Assembly: GCF_032444005.1 (NCBI RefSeq)
Contig: NC_091282.1
Location: 280,550,001 to 280,614,000 of the forward strand
Reading direction: 5' to 3'
DNA from: Ranitomeya imitator
Taxonomy: Eukaryota
DNA: 64,000 bases
Part shown: piece after piece, positions 45,549 through 59,189 of the stretch
Position numbering within the stretch: position 1 is the stretch's first letter
Layout of the letters: the number at the start of each line of letters is the position of its first letter
The notes under the pieces: model-generated
What the model saw: the letters and a program-made list of their open reading frames with translations, nothing else
The model's database searches: none
What the model was told of the DNA's origin: nothing
Translations under genes and position numbers: made by a program

Positions 45549-46239
45549 GGTATGTGCACACGTATTCTGGTCCTCTGCGGATTTTTCCGCTGCGGATTTG
45601 ATAAATCCGCAGTGCTAAACCGCTGCGGATTTATGGCGGATTTACCGCGTTTTTTCTGCACATTTCACTGCGGTTTTACAATTGCGATTTTCTATTGGAG
45701 CAGTTGTAAAACCGCTGCGGAATCCGCATAAAGAAGTGACATGCTGCGGAATGTAAACCGCTGCGTTTCCGTGCAGTTTTTCCGCAGCATGTGTGCAGCG
45801 ATTTTTGTTTCCCGTAGGTTTACATTGAACTGTAAGCTCATGGGAAACTGCTGCTTTTCCGCAGCATGTGCACATACCTTTAGAATTAGGCCATGTGCAC
45901 ACGGTGCGGATTTGGCTGCGGATTGGCCGCTGCGGATTCGCAGCAGTGTTCCATCAGGTGTACAGTACCATGTAAACATATGAAAAACCAAATCCGCTGT
46001 GCCCATGGTGCGGAAAATACCGCGCGGAAACGCTGCGTTGTATTTTCCGCAGCATGTCAATTCTTTGTGCGGATTCCGCAGCATTTTACACCTGTTCCTC
46101 AATAGGAATCCGCAGGTGAAATCCGCACACTGAAAATCCGCGGAAAATCCGCAGGTAAAACGCAGTGCCTTTTACCCGCGGATTTTTCAAAAATGGTGCG
46201 GAAATATCTCACACGAATCCGCAACGTGGGCACATAGCC
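45549..46239. mobile_element. Two adjacent Harbinger-type MITEs (45549-45878, 45889-46239) within a TTAGGG-like tract
   Basis: TIRs GGTATGTGCACA/TGTGCACATACC and GGCCATGTGCACACG/CGTGGGCACATAGCC. Confidence 0.8.
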
Positions 46240-47450
46240 TTAGGGTTAGGGTTGGAATTAGGGTTGTGGTTAGGGTTGTGATTAGGGTTATGGCTACAGT
46301 TGGGATTAGGGTTAGGGGTGTGGGGGGGTTAGTGTTGGAGGTAGAATTGAGGGGTTACCACTGTTTAGGCTCATCAGGGGTCTCCAAACGCAACATGGCG
46401 CCACCATTGATTCCAGCCAATCTCGTATTCAAAAAGTCAAATGGTGCTCCCTCCCTTCCGAGCCCTGACGTGTGCCCAAACAGTGGTTTACCCCCACATA
46501 TGGGGTACCAGCATACTCAGGATAAACTGCGCAACAATTACTGGGGTCCAATTTCTCCTGTTACCCTTGTGAATCTAAAAAAAATGCTTGCTAAAACAAA
46601 ATTTTTGAGGAAAGAAAAATGATTTTTTATTTTCACGGCTCTGCGTTGTAAACGTCTGTGAAGCACTTGGGGGTTCAAAGTGCTCACCACATATCTAGAT
46701 AAGTTCCTTGGGGGGTCTAGTTTCTAAAATGGGGTCACTTGTGGGGGGTTTCTACTGTTTAGGCACACCAGGGGCTCTGCAAACGCAATGTGACGCCCGC
46801 AGACCATTCCATCAAAGTCTGCATTTCAAAAGTCACTACTTCCCTTCTGAGCCCCGACGTGTGCCCAAACAGTGGTTTACCCCCACATATGGGGTATCAG
46901 CGTACTCAGGAGAAACTGGACAACAACTTTTGGGGTCCAATTTCTCCTGTAACCCTTGGGAAAATAAAAAATTCTGGGCTAAATAATTATTTTTGAGGAA
47001 AGAAAACGTATTTATTATTTTCACGGCTCTGCATTATAAACTTCTATGAAGCACTTGGGGGTTCAAAGTGCTCACCACACATCTAGATAAGTTCCTTTCG
47101 GGGTCTAGTTTCCAAAATGGGGTCACTTGTGGGGGGTTTCTACTGTTAAGCCACATCAGGGGCTCTGCAAACGCAACGTGACGCCCACAGAGCATTCCAT
47201 CAAAGTCTGCATTTCAAAACGTCACTACTTCCCTTCTGAGCCCCGACGTGTGCCCAAACAGTGGTTTACCCCCACATCATTTGCAGATGATACAAAACTA
47301 TGTAAAGCAGTTAATACAAGAGAAGATAGTATTCTAGTAACATAGTAACATAGTAACATAGTTAGTAAGGCCGAAAAAAGACATTTGTCCATCCAGTTCA
47401 GCCTATATTCCATCATAATAAATACCCAGATCTACGTCCTTCTACAGAAC

Positions 47451-50231
47451 CTAATAATTGTATGATACAATATTGTTCTGCTCCAGGAAGACATCCAGGC
47501 CTCTCTTGAACCCCTCGACTGAGTTCGCCATCACCACCTCCTCAGGCAAGCAATTCCAGATTCTCACTGCCCTAACAGTAAAGAATCCTCTTCTATGTTG
47601 GTGGAAAAACCTTCTCTCCTCCAGACGCAAAGAATGCCCCCTTGTGCCCGTCACCTTCCTTGGTATAAACATATCCTCAGCGAGATATTTGTATTGTCCC
47701 CTTATATACTTATACATGGTTATTAGATCGCCCCTCAGTCGTCTTTTTTCTAGACTAAATAATCCTAATTTCGCTAATCTATCTGGGTATTGTAGTTCTC
47801 CCATCCCCTTTATTAATTTTGTTGCCCTCCTTTGTACTCTCTCTAGTTCCATTATATCCTTCCTGAGCACCGGTGCCCAAAACTGGACACAGTACTCCAT
47901 GTGCGGTCTAACTAGGGATTTGTACAGAGGCAGTATAATGCTCTCATCATGTGTATCCAGACCTCTTTTAATGCACCCCATGATCCTGTTTGCCTTGGCA
48001 GCTGCTGCCTGGCACTGGCTGCTCCAGGTAAGTTTATCATTAACTAGGATCCCCAAGTCCTTCTCCCTGTCAGATTTACCCAGTGGTTTCCCGTTCAGTG
48101 TGTAATGGTGATATTGATTCCCTCTTCCCATGTGTATAACCTTACATTTATCATTGTTAAACCTCATCTGCCACCTTTCAGCCCAAGTTTCCAACTTATC
48201 CAGATCCATCTGTAGCAGAATACTATCTTCTCTTGTATTAACTGCTTTACATAGTTTTGTATCATCTGCAAATATCGATATTTTACTGTGTAAACCTTAT
48301 ACCAGATCATTAATGAATATGTTGAAGAGAACAGGTCCCAATACTGACCCCTGCGGTACCCCACTGGTCACAGCGACCCAGTTAGAGACTATACCATTTA
48401 TAACCACCCTCTGCTTTCTATCACTAAGCCAGTTACTAACCCATTTACACACATTTTCCCCCAGACCAAGCATTCTCATTTTGTGTACCAACCTCTTGTG
48501 CGGCACGGTATCAAACGCTTTGGAAAAATCGAGATATACCACGTCCAATGACTCACCGTGGTCCAGTCTATAGCTTACCTCTTCATAAAAACTGATTAGA
48601 TTGGTTTGACAGGAGCGATTTCTCATAAACCCATGCTGATATGGAGTTAAACAGTTATTCTCATTGAGATAATCCAGAATAACATCCCTCAGAAACCCTT
48701 CAAATATTTTACCAACAATAGAGGTTAGACTTACTGGCCTATAATTTCCAGGTTCACTTTTAGAGCCCTTTTTGAATATTGGCACCACATTTGCTATGCG
48801 CCAATCCTGCGGAACAGACCCTGTCTCTATAGAGTCCCTAAAAATAAGAAATAATGGTTTATCTATTACATTACTTAGTTCTCTTAGTACTCGTGGGTGT
48901 ATGCCATCCGGACCCGGAGATTTATCTATTTTAATCTTATTTAGCCGGTTTCGCACCTCTTCTTGGGTTAGATTGGTGACCCTTAATATAGGGTTTTCAT
49001 TGTTTCTTGGGATTTCACCTAGCATTTCATTTTCCACCGTGAATACCGTGGAGAAGAAGGTGTTTAATATGTTAGCTTTTTCCTCGTCATCTACAACCAT
49101 TCTTTCCTCACTATTTTTTAAGGGGCCTACATTTTCAGTTTTTATTCTTTTACTATTGATATAGTTGAAGAACAGTTTGGGATTAGTTTTACTCTCCTTA
49201 GCAATGTGCTTCTCTGTTTCCTTTTTGGCAGCTTTAATTAGTTTTTTAGATAAAGTATTTTTCTCCCTATAGTTTTTTAGAGCTTCAATGGTGCCATCCT
49301 GCTTTAGTAGTGCAAATGCTTTCTTTTTACTGTTAATTGCCTGTCTTACTTCTTTGTTTAGCCACATTGGGTTTTTCCTATTTCTAGTCCTTTTATTCCC
49401 ACAAGGTATAAACCGCTTACACTGCCTATTTAGGATGTTCTTAAACATTTCCCATTTATTATCTGTATTCTCATTTCTGAGGATATTGTCCCAGTCTACC
49501 AGATTAAGGGCATCTCTAAGCTGTTCAAACTTTGCCTTCCTAAAGTTCAATGTTTTTGTGACTCCCTGACAAGTCCCCCTAGTGAAAGACAGGTGAAACT
49601 GCACAATATTGTGGTCGCTATTTCCTAAATGCCCAACCACCTGCAGATTTGTTATTCTGTCAGGTCTATTAGATAGTATTAGGTCTAAAAGTGCTGCTCC
49701 TCTGGTTGGATTCTGCACCAATTGTGAAAGATAATTTTTCTTGGTTATTAGCAGAAACCTGTTGCCTTTATGGGTTTCACAGGTTTCTGTTTCCCAGTTA
49801 ATATCCGGGTAGTTAAAGTCCCCCATAACCAGGACCTCATTATGGGTTGCAGCTTCATCTATCTGCTTTAGAAGTAGACTTTCCATGCTTTCTGTTATAT
49901 TTGGGGGTTTGTAACAGACCCCAATGAGAATTTTGTTACCATTTTTCCCTCCATGAATTTCAACCCATATGGACTCGACATCCTCATTCCCTTCGCTAAT
50001 ATCCTCCCTTAAAGTGGACTTTAGACAAGACTTTACATAGAGACAAACCCCTCCTCCTCTCCGATTTTTACGATCCTTTCTAAACAGACTGTAACCCTGT
50101 AAGTTAACTGCCCAGTCATAGCTTTCATCTAACCATGTCTCGGTTATTCCCACTATGTCAAAGTTACCTGTAGATATTTCTGCTTCTAGTTCTTCCATCT
50201 TGTTTGTCAGGCTTCTGGCGTTTGCGAGCAT
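47451..50231 (-). pseudogene. CR1 ORF2 (APE endonuclease + RT), single in-frame nonsense at 48297-48299
   Basis: GITETW, GDFN, SDH (EN); [22 protein letters not shown] (RT). Reads DLV*GLHSKISIFADD with both ORF pieces in the same frame. Confidence 0.95.
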
Positions 50232-51050
50232 GCAGTTTAGAGGATTTTGTTTTGTTCCAATCTCCTCACTGTGGATTGTTTTAGAAATGTTCTTACCTCC
50301 CTTCTGAGTATGTTTTCCTGGGTCGTCTTTGTTCGAGTCTAATGTTTTTCTTCCCGTCCCCTCTCCTTCTAGTTTAACGCCCTCCTGATGAGTGTAGCGA
50401 GTCTTCTGGCGAATGTGTGTTTCCCAGGTTTGTTGAGGTGTAGTCCGTCTCTGGCGAGGAGTCCATCATACCAGTAATTCACACCGTGGTCCAGGAATCC
50501 AAATCCTTGTTGTCTGCACCATCGTCTTAGCCAGTTGTTTGCATCAAGGATCCTGTTCCATCTCCTGGTGCCATGCCCGTCTACTGGAAGGATAGAAGAA
50601 AAAACTACCTGTGCATCCAGTTCCTTTACTTTCTTCCCCAACTCTTCAAAGTCCTTGCAGATTGTCGGTAGGTCCTTCCTTGCCGTGTCATTGGTGCCAA
50701 CATGTATCAGAAGAAATGGGTGGACGTCCTTGGAGCTGAAGAGCTTTGGTATCCTATCGGTCACATCCTTGATCATCGCACCTGGAAGGCAGCATACTTC
50801 TCTTGCAGTTATGTCCGGTCTGCAGATGGCTGCTTCGGTGCCTCTCAGTAGTGAGTCTCCCACCACCACCACTCTTCGTTGCTTCTTGGCTGTACTTTTT
50901 GCTGTCACTTGTTGCTGTGTGCCCTTTTCTTTTTTGCTTGCTGGTATTGCTTCATTCTTAGGTGTGCCATCTTCATCCTCTACAAAGATTTGATATCGGT
51001 TCTTCAGTTGTGTGGTTGGTGATTTCTCCATGGTCTTCTTGCTTCTTTTG

Positions 51051-54000
51051 AATCCTGCATATATCTATATATGTTAGTCATCCTATTATGCATTTTTTGT
51101 GTTTATAGATATTTAATCTGACTTTGCATGTCCTTACTCAGAGAGATCACATAACTGTTTCAAAGTGGTCTATGATCCATGTAGACCTGGACATTTGTTT
51201 ATCTGATCACTACATTTATTGTGTCCTGTTGTCTCAACTGAGTTTGATTGATTGCTAACGAGCTTTAACACAAAAAAAAAAAAAAAATAGGAAGATCTAA
51301 GGGCTAGCCTTCTATAAATGTAGACTTAGCTTGGGGAAGCATTCATGCAGGGGTGCATTCGTGCACTTGTATTCGTGTATTTTTATTCAAAGTACTTTTT
51401 TTTCTAAGTACTCGGCAGTTATAACATGGCAGTTAGACAGGGCAGGAGACAGGTAAGACAATCTAAATCTATTCCCTATTCACTTGAAACAACACAAATA
51501 CTCACCATATTTATTTGCATATTCTATATCCTGGCTGCTGCATTCACTCACATTCACCGCCCTTGCATTAACTCTCTACACTCCATCCATATCGGCCCCT
51601 CTGTCCTTGCCTCTCCTATGTATAGCACTCATGCTCTGTTCACATTGCTTAGCAGCGCAGATCCATTCAGTCCCACCATCCAACACAAGAGACGCTCTCA
51701 CAAATCACTTAACCATCTGCTCACTCTTTCGATCCTCCTCCTCCTAGTTGCTGGAGACATCTCTCCAAACCCCGGCCCCCCATGTTATAGCCAGTCAAAC
51801 CTCCCAATTGCTACACCCAGAAACCCCTCTAACCTTATTAATATTCCCTGCATGCCTTCTGTCTCTTTGAATTGTGCCCTTTGGAATTCTCGCTCTGTGT
51901 GTAATAAACTCTCCTTCATCCATGACTTCTTCCTTTCTAATTCTCTTAATCTCCTGGCTCTTACTGAAACCTGGATCCAGCAGTCAGACACCACCGCTGC
52001 TGCTGCTCTTTCATATGGTGCACTACACTTTTCTCATACCCCAAGATCGGACAACAGAGCAGGTGGAGGCGTTGGTCTGCTCCTTTCACCAAAATGTACT
52101 TTCCAAGTTATCCCCCAAGTACCCTCACTTGTCTTCCCTTCCTTTGAGGTCCATGTGGTCAGACTCTACGTCCCCTTCTCCATGCGAGTGGTGGTGGTGT
52201 ATCGTCCTCCCGGCCCCTCTCATCAGTTCCTGGATCACTTTGCCACCTGGCTTCCACACTTTCTTTCCTGTGACACCCCCACCCTTATCATGGGTGATTT
52301 CAACATCCCTATTGCCTCTCCACTCTCCCCATCTGCTTCTCACCTTTTGGCTCTAACCTCCTCTTTCGGCCTCTCGCAGCATACTAACTCGCCAACACAT
52401 GAAGATGGAAACTCCCTTGACTTGGTCTTCTCCCGGCTTTGCTCAGTGGATGATTTCACAAACTCCCCTCTCCCACTCTCTGACCACCACCTTCTTTCAT
52501 TCTCTATCAAGAACTGCCATCCCGCTCAGGTCACCCCCACTTTCCACACTTATAGAAACATACAGGCCATTAACACCCAGGAACTTATGAAGAACTTGCA
52601 GTCCTCATTGGCCCCAATCTCCTCCATCTCATGTCCTGATTCTGCTCTGAAGCATTACAATGAAACCCTGCAAAGTGCCCTGGATGAAGCTGCTCCTCCT
52701 ATACATAAAACAACTCGGCACAGACGGCAACAACCGTGGCACACGCTGCAAACACGTTTCCTGCAGCGGTGCTCCAGGTGCGCAGAACGTCTGTGGAGAA
52801 AATCTAATCTACCCGAAGATTTCATCCATTATAAGTTCATGCTAAAGACATACAATTCTGCCCTTCACCTCTCCAAACAAACCTACTTCAACACCCTCAT
52901 CACCTCCCTGTCCAATAACCCTAAACGTCTCTTTGACACGTTCCAGTCCCTACTCAACCCAAGAGCGCAGGCCCCAACCACGGATCTCCGTGCTGACAAT
53001 CTGGCCAATTACTTCAAAGAAAAAATTGACCATATTCGACAGGAAATCATCTCCCAATCTCTTCATACCATGCACTGTCCTCCCTCCCCCACTGCATCTA
53101 GTTCACTCTCTGACTTTGAACCAGTTACAGAAGAAGAAGTAAGCAGGCTCCTTGCATCTTCTCGCCCGACCACTTGCACCAGTGACCCCATTCCGTCACA
53201 TTTCCTCCAGTCCCTTTCCCCGGCTGTCACCTCTCACCTAACAAAAATATTCAACCTTTCCCTCACTTCCGGTATTTTTCCCTCCTCATTTAAGCATGCC
53301 ATCATACATCCATTACTTAAAAAACCATCCCTCGACCAAAACTGTGCCGCTAATTATAGACCTGTCTCTAATCTTCCCTTCATCTCTAAACTCCTCGAAC
53401 GCCTGGTCCACTCCCGTCTTACCCGCTATCTCTCAGATAACTCTCTTCTCGACCCTCTTCAATCTGGTTTCCGCTCTTTACACTCTACTGAAACTGCCCT
53501 CACTAAAGTCTCCAATGACCTACTAACAGCTAAATCTAATGGTCACTACTCCATGCTAATTCTCTTGGATCTCTCTGCAGCATTTGATACTGTGGATCAT
53601 CAGCTCCTCCTCACTATGCTCCGCTCCATCGGCCTCAAGGACACCGTTCTCTCCTGGTTCTCCTCCTATCTCTCTGACCGATCCTTCACTGTATGTTTCG
53701 CTGGTTCCTCCTCCTCTCACCTTCCCCTTACTGTTGGGGTTCCTCAAGGATCAGTCCTAGGCCCCCTCCTCTTCTCTTTGTATACTGCCCCTATTGGACA
53801 AACAATCAGTAGATTTGGCTTCCAGTACCATCTCTATGCTGACGACACCCAACTATACACTTCTTCTCCTGATCTCACGCCTGCCTTATTAGAAAACACC
53901 AGTGATTGTCTTACCGCTGTCTCTAGCATCATGTCCTCCCTCTATCTGAAACTAAACCTGTCAAAAACTGAACTCCTCGTGTTTTCTCCCTCTACTAACC

Positions 54001-55018
54001 TACCTTTGCCTGACATTGCCATCTCCGTTTGCGGTTCCACCATTACTCCAAAGCAACATGCCCGCTGCCTTGGGGTCATCCTTGATTCTGACCTTTCATT
54101 CACCCCCCACATCCGATCACTGGCTCGCTCTTCTTACCTGCATCTCAAAAACATTTCTAGAATTCGCCCTTTTCTTACTTTCGACTCTGCAAAAACTCTT
54201 ACTGTTTCACTTATTCATTCTCGTCTGGACTATTGTAACTCTCTACTAATCGGCCTCCCTCTTACCAAACTCTCCCCGCTCCAATCTGTCCTGAATGCTG
54301 CTGCCAGGATCATATTCCTCACCAACCGTTACACCGATGCCTCTACCTTGTGCCAGTCATTACACTGGTTACCCATCCACTCAAGAATCCAGTACAAAAC
54401 TACTACCCTCATCCACAAAGCACTCCATGGCTCAGCACCACCCTACATCTCCTCTCTGGTCTCAGTCTACCACCCTACCCGTGCCCTCCGCTCCGCTGAT
54501 GACCTCAGGTTAGCATCCTCAATAATCAGAACCTCCCACTCCCGTCTCCAAGACTTTACACGTGCTGCGCCGATTCTTTGGAATGCACTACCTAGGATAA
54601 TACGATTAATCCCCAATCCCCACAGTTTTAAGCGTGCCCTAAAAACTCATTTGTTCAGACTGGCCTACCGCCTCAATGCATTAACCTAACGATCCCTGTG
54701 TGGCCTATATTAAAAAAAAAAAAAAAAAATTAATTAACTGGTTCATGCAGCTTTACATGAACACCCAAGCCTTACACTATGGCTGGTCCGAATAACTATA
54801 GCAATTGTTACCATCCACCTCTCGTGTCTCCCCTTTTCCTCATAGTTTGTAAGCTTACGAGCAGGGCCCTCACTCCTCTTGGTATCTGTTTTGAACTGTA
54901 TTTCTGTTATGCTGTAATGTCTATTGTATGTACAAGTCCCCTCTATAATTTGTAAAGCGCTGCGGAATATGTTGGCGCTATATAAATAAAAAATTATTAT
55001 TATTATTATTATTATTAT
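51051..55018 (+). mobile_element. L2 LINE with intact ORF2
   Basis: TTTTG/TTTG duplication; 3' stem-loop tail and (ATT)n. Confidence 0.95.
51426..54689 (+). CDS. L2 ORF2: hydrophobic leader, 2A-like peptide, APE endonuclease, RT (1087 aa, no stops)
   Basis: GDISPNPGP; LALTETW, GDFN, SDHH; [21 protein letters not shown]. Confidence 0.95.
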   Translation: MAVRQGRRQVRQSKSIPYSLETTQILTIFICIFYILAAAFTHIHRPCINSLHSIHIGPSVLASPMYSTHALFTLLSSADPFSPTIQHKRRSHKSLNHLLTLSILLLLVAGDISPNPGPPCYSQSNLPIATPRNPSNLINIPCMPSVSLNCALWNSRSVCNKLSFIHDFFLSNSLNLLALTETWIQQSDTTAAAALSYGALHFSHTPRSDNRAGGGVGLLLSPKCTFQVIPQVPSLVFPSFEVHVVRLYVPFSMRVVVVYRPPGPSHQFLDHFATWLPHFLSCDTPTLIMGDFNIPIASPLSPSASHLLALTSSFGLSQHTNSPTHEDGNSLDLVFSRLCSVDDFTNSPLPLSDHHLLSFSIKNCHPAQVTPTFHTYRNIQAINTQELMKNLQSSLAPISSISCPDSALKHYNETLQSALDEAAPPIHKTTRHRRQQPWHTLQTRFLQRCSRCAERLWRKSNLPEDFIHYKFMLKTYNSALHLSKQTYFNTLITSLSNNPKRLFDTFQSLLNPRAQAPTTDLRADNLANYFKEKIDHIRQEIISQSLHTMHCPPSPTASSSLSDFEPVTEEEVSRLLASSRPTTCTSDPIPSHFLQSLSPAVTSHLTKIFNLSLTSGIFPSSFKHAIIHPLLKKPSLDQNCAANYRPVSNLPFISKLLERLVHSRLTRYLSDNSLLDPLQSGFRSLHSTETALTKVSNDLLTAKSNGHYSMLILLDLSAAFDTVDHQLLLTMLRSIGLKDTVLSWFSSYLSDRSFTVCFAGSSSSHLPLTVGVPQGSVLGPLLFSLYTAPIGQTISRFGFQYHLYADDTQLYTSSPDLTPALLENTSDCLTAVSSIMSSLYLKLNLSKTELLVFSPSTNLPLPDIAISVCGSTITPKQHARCLGVILDSDLSFTPHIRSLARSSYLHLKNISRIRPFLTFDSAKTLTVSLIHSRLDYCNSLLIGLPLTKLSPLQSVLNAAARIIFLTNRYTDASTLCQSLHWLPIHSRIQYKTTTLIHKALHGSAPPYISSLVSVYHPTRALRSADDLRLASSIIRTSHSRLQDFTRAAPILWNALPRIIRLIPNPHSFKRALKTHLFRLAYRLNALT

Positions 55019-55393
55019 TTTTGGTCACATGCTTCCACTCATCTGCTTTTGGAGGTTCTCTGACACTTTTTGCACCTTCTGTGACCAGTAGAGATGCTTC
55101 TGTTCTGTCTAGAAAGTCTTCATTCTCTTTGATGAGTTTCAAAGTTGCTATTCTTTCTTCCAGACCCCGCACCTTTTCTTCTAAAAGGGCCACTAGTCTA
55201 CACTTCTGACAGGTGAAATTTAATTCTTCTTCTGGTCGATCTGTGAACATGTAGCACATGCTGCAGCTCACCATGTAGGTTGTCACATCTGCCATGTTGC
55301 TTCTAGATCCTGCTGACTTGCTGTGTGTTTTCCTTCTTGTGTAATCTACTCAGCCAAGCTCTCTTGCAATAATGTCCTACAGGCAAAAATTCT

Positions 55394-58300
55394 TTTGGTG
55401 ATTCTTTCTAAGCAGCTGGTCCCGGCTGTACCCAACGATCTTCTAGCTTAGGGAGACTTCGCTTCTCCCAGAAGGCACCTGGAATATGCAAATTAGCCTC
55501 CTGAAGCTTGAATCCCTGGTTTGGTGATGCTTTCGAAGCAGCTGGTCCCGGCTGTACCCAATGATCTTCTAGCTTAGGGAGACTTCGCTTCTCCCAGAAG
55601 GCACCTGGAATATGCAAATTAGCCTCCTGAAGCTTGAATCCCTGGTTTGGTGATGCTTTCGAAGCAGCTGGTCCCGGCTGTACCCAACGATCTTCTAGCT
55701 TAGGGAGACTTCGCTTCTCCCAGAAGGCACCTGGAATATGCAAATTAGCCTCCTGAAGCTTGAATCCCTGGTTTGGTGATGCTTTCGAAGCAGCTGGTCC
55801 CGGCTGTACCCAACGATCTTCTAGCTTAGGGAGACTTCGCTTCTCCCAGAAGGCACCTGGAATATGCAAATTAGCCTCCTGAAGCTTGAATCCCTGGTTT
55901 GGTGATGCTTTCGAAGCAGCTGGTCCCGGCTGTACCCAACGATCTTCTAGCTTAGGGAGACTTCGCTTCTCCCAGAAGGCACCTGGAATATGCAAATTAG
56001 CCTCCTGAAGCTTGAATCCCTGGTTTGGTGATGCTTTCGAAGCAGCTGGTCCCGGCTGTACCCAACGATCTTCTAGCTTAGGGAGACTTCGCTTCTCCCA
56101 GAAGGCACCTGGAATATGCTAATTAGCCTCCTGAAGCTTGAATCCCTGGTTTGGTGATGCTTTCGAAGCAGCTGGTCCCGGCTGTACCCAACGATCTTCT
56201 AGCTTAGGGAGACTTCGCTTCTCCCAGAAGGCACCTGGAATATGCAAATTAGCCTCCTGAAGCTTGAATCCCTGGTTTGGTGATGCTTTCGAAGCAGCTG
56301 GTCCCGGCTGTACCCAACGATCTTCTAGCTTAGGGAGACTTCGCTTCTCCCAGAAGGCACCTGGAATATGCAAATTAGCCTCCTGAAGCTTGAATCCCTG
56401 GTTTGGTGATGCTTTCGAAGCAGCTGGTCCCGGCTGTACCCAACGATCTTCTAGCTTAGGGAGACTTCGCTTCTCCTAGAAGGCACCTGGAATATGCAAA
56501 TTAGCCTCCTGAAGCTTGAATCCCTGGTTTGGTGATGCTTTCGAAGCAGCTGGTCCCGGCTGTACCCAACGATCTTCTAGCTTAGGGAGACTTCGCTTCT
56601 CCCAGAAGGCACCTGGAATATGCAAATTAGCCTCCTGAAGCTTGAATCCCTGGTTTGGTGATGCTTTCGAAGCAGCTGGTCCCGGCTGTACCCAACGATC
56701 TTCTAGCTTAGGGAGACTTCGCTTCTCCCAGAAGGCACCTGGAATATGCAAATTAGCCTCCTGAAGCTTGAATCCCTGGTTTGGTGATGCTTTCGAAGCA
56801 GCTGGTCCCGGCTGTACCCAACGATCTTCTAGCTTAGGGAGACTTCGCTTCTCCCAGAAGGCACCTGGAATATGCAAATTAGCCTCCTGAAGCTTGAATC
56901 CCTGGTTTGGTGATGCTTTCGAAGCAGCTGGTCCCGGCTGTACCCAACGATCTTCTAGCTTAGGGAGACTTCGCTTCTCCCAGAAGGCACCTGGAATATG
57001 CAAATTAGCCTCCTGAAGCTTGAATCCCTGGTTTGGTGATGCTTTCGAAGCAGCTGGTCCCGGCTGTACCCAACGATCTTCTAGCTTAGGGAGACTTCGC
57101 TTCTCCCAGAAGGCACCTGGAATATGCAAATTAGCCTCCTGAAGCTTGAATCCCTGGTTTGGTGATGCTTTCGAAGCAGCTGGTCCCGGCTGTACCCAAC
57201 GATCTTCTAGCTTAGGGAGACTTCGCTTCTCCCAGAAGGCACCTGGAATATGCAAATTAGCCTCCTGAAGCTTGAATCCCTGGTTTGGTGATGCTTTCGA
57301 AGCAGCTGGTCCCGGCTGTACCCAACGATCTTCTAGCTTAGGGAGACTTCGCTTCTCCCAGAAGGCACCTGGAATATGCAAATTAGCCTCCTGAAGCTTG
57401 AATCCCTGGTTTGGTGATGCTTTCGAAGCAGCTGGTCCCGGCTGTACCCAACGATCTTCTAGCTTAGGGAGACTTCGCTTCTCCCAGAAGGCACCTGGAA
57501 TATGCAAATTAGCCTCCTGAAGCTTGAATCCCTGGTTTGGTGATGCTTTCGAAGCAGCTGGTCCCGGCTGTACCCAACGATCTTCTAGCTTAGGAAGACT
57601 TCGCTTCTCCCAGAAGGCACCTGGAATATGCAAATTAGCCTCCTGAAGCTTGAATCCCTGGTTTGGTGATGCTTTCGAAGCAGCTGGTCCCGGCTGTACC
57701 CAACGATCTTCTAGCTTAGGGAGACTTCGCTTCTCCCAGAAGGCACCTGGAATATGCAAATTAGCCTCCTGAAGCTTGAATCCCTGGTTTGGTGATGCTT
57801 TCGAAGCAGCTGGTCCCGGCTGTACCCAACGATCTTCTAGCTTAGGGAGACTTCGCTTCTCCCAGAAGGCACCTGGAATATGCAAATTAGCCTCCTGAAG
57901 CTTGAATCCCTGGTTTGGTGATGCTTTCGAAGCAGCTGGTCCCGGCTGTACCCAACGATCTTCTAGCTTAGGGAGACTTCGCTTCTCCCAGAAGGCACCT
58001 GGAATATGCAAATTAGCCTCCTGAAGCTTGAATCCCTGGTTTGGTGATGCTTTCGAAGCAGCTGGTCCCGGCTGTACCCAACGATCTTCTAGCTTAGGGA
58101 GACTTCGCTTCTCCCAGAAGGCACCTGGAATATGCAAATTAGCCTCCTGAAGCTTGAATCCCTGGTTTGGTGATGCTTTCGAAGCAGCTGGTCCCGGCTG
58201 TACCCAACGATCTTCTAGCTTAGGGAGACTTCGCTTCTCCCAGAAGGCACCTGGAATATGCAAATTAGCCTCCTGAAGCTTGAATCCCTGGTTTGGTGAT

Positions 58301-58420
58301 GCTTTCGAAGCAGCTGGTCCCGGCTGTACCCAACGATCTTCTAGCTTAGGGAGACTTCGCTTCTCCCAGAAGGCACCTGGAATATGCAAATTAGCCTCCT
58401 GAAGCTTGAATCCCTGGTTT
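55394..58420 (-). promoter_or_regulatory. ~24 near-identical 126-bp monomers at the CR1 5' end, each with the octamer ATGCAAAT
   Basis: Period measured 55661 to 55787 = 126. Lies directly upstream of the ORF1 5' UTR. Repeat is seen; promoter role is inferred. Confidence 0.7.
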
Positions 58421-58430
58421 TCTGCTACAG

Positions 58431-59189
58431 ATGGATCTGGATAAGTTGGAAACTTGGGCTGAAAGGTGGCAGATGAGGTTTAACAATGATAAATGTAAGG
58501 TTATACACATGGGAAGAGGGAATCAATATCACCATTACACACTGAACGGGAAACCACTGGGTAAATCTGACAGGGAGAAGGACTTGGGGATCCTAGTTAA
58601 TGATAAACTTACCTGGAGCAGCCAGTGCCAGGCAGCAGCTGCCAAGGCAAACAGGATCATGGGGTGCATTAAAAGAGGTCTGGATACACATGATGAGAGC
58701 ATTATACTGCCTCTGTACAAATCCCTAGTTAGACCGCACATGGAGTACTGTGTCCAGTTTTGGGCACCGGTGCTCAGGAAGGATATAATGGAACTAGAGA
58801 GAGTACAAAGGAGGGCAACAAAATTAATAAAGGGGATGGGAGAACTACAATACCCAGATAGATTAGCGAAATTAGGATTATTTAGTCTAGAAAAAAGACG
58901 ACTGAGGGGCGATCTAATAACCATGTATAAGTATATAAGGGGACAATACAAATATCTCGCTGAGGATCTGTTTATACCAAGGAAGGTGACGGGCACAAGG
59001 GGGCATTCTTTGCGTCTGGAGGAGAGAAGGTTTTTCCACCAACATAGAAGAGGATTCTTTACTGTTAGGGCAGTGAGAATCTGGAATTGCTTGCCTGAGG
59101 AGGTGGTGATGGCGAACTCAGTCGAGGGGTTCAAGAGAGGCCTGGATGTCTTCCTGGAGCAGAACAATATTGTATCATACAATTATTAG
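58431..59189 (+). pseudogene. CR1 ORF2 C-terminal fragment
   Basis: Protein identical to 47451-48209 except EDMF/EDLF. Confidence 0.92.

Larger units (their letters stand above)
50369..55295 (-). pseudogene. CR1 ORF1 (CxxC zinc finger, coiled coil, SGNH esterase), split by L2 at 51051-55018
   Basis: 55295-55019 MADVTTYMVSCSMC...TCQKC...WKHVT joins 51050-50369 KRSKKTMEK...VVVGDSLLRG...DGLHLN. Confidence 0.92.
47336..58420 (-). mobile_element. Near full-length CR1 LINE
   Basis: (TAACATAG)n tail at 47336-47365, ORF2, ORF1, 5' monomer array; TCT/TTCT duplication at both ends. Confidence 0.95.

Noticed and set aside
55408-58389. 637-aa and shorter repetitive minus-strand ORFs (42-aa unit)
   Set aside because: Artefact of a 126-bp (multiple of 3) repeat with one stop-free frame; starts at TTG, no ATG, no recognisable domain.
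55394-58420. CRISPR-like regular array
   Set aside because: No unique spacers; eukaryotic context; units are contiguous.
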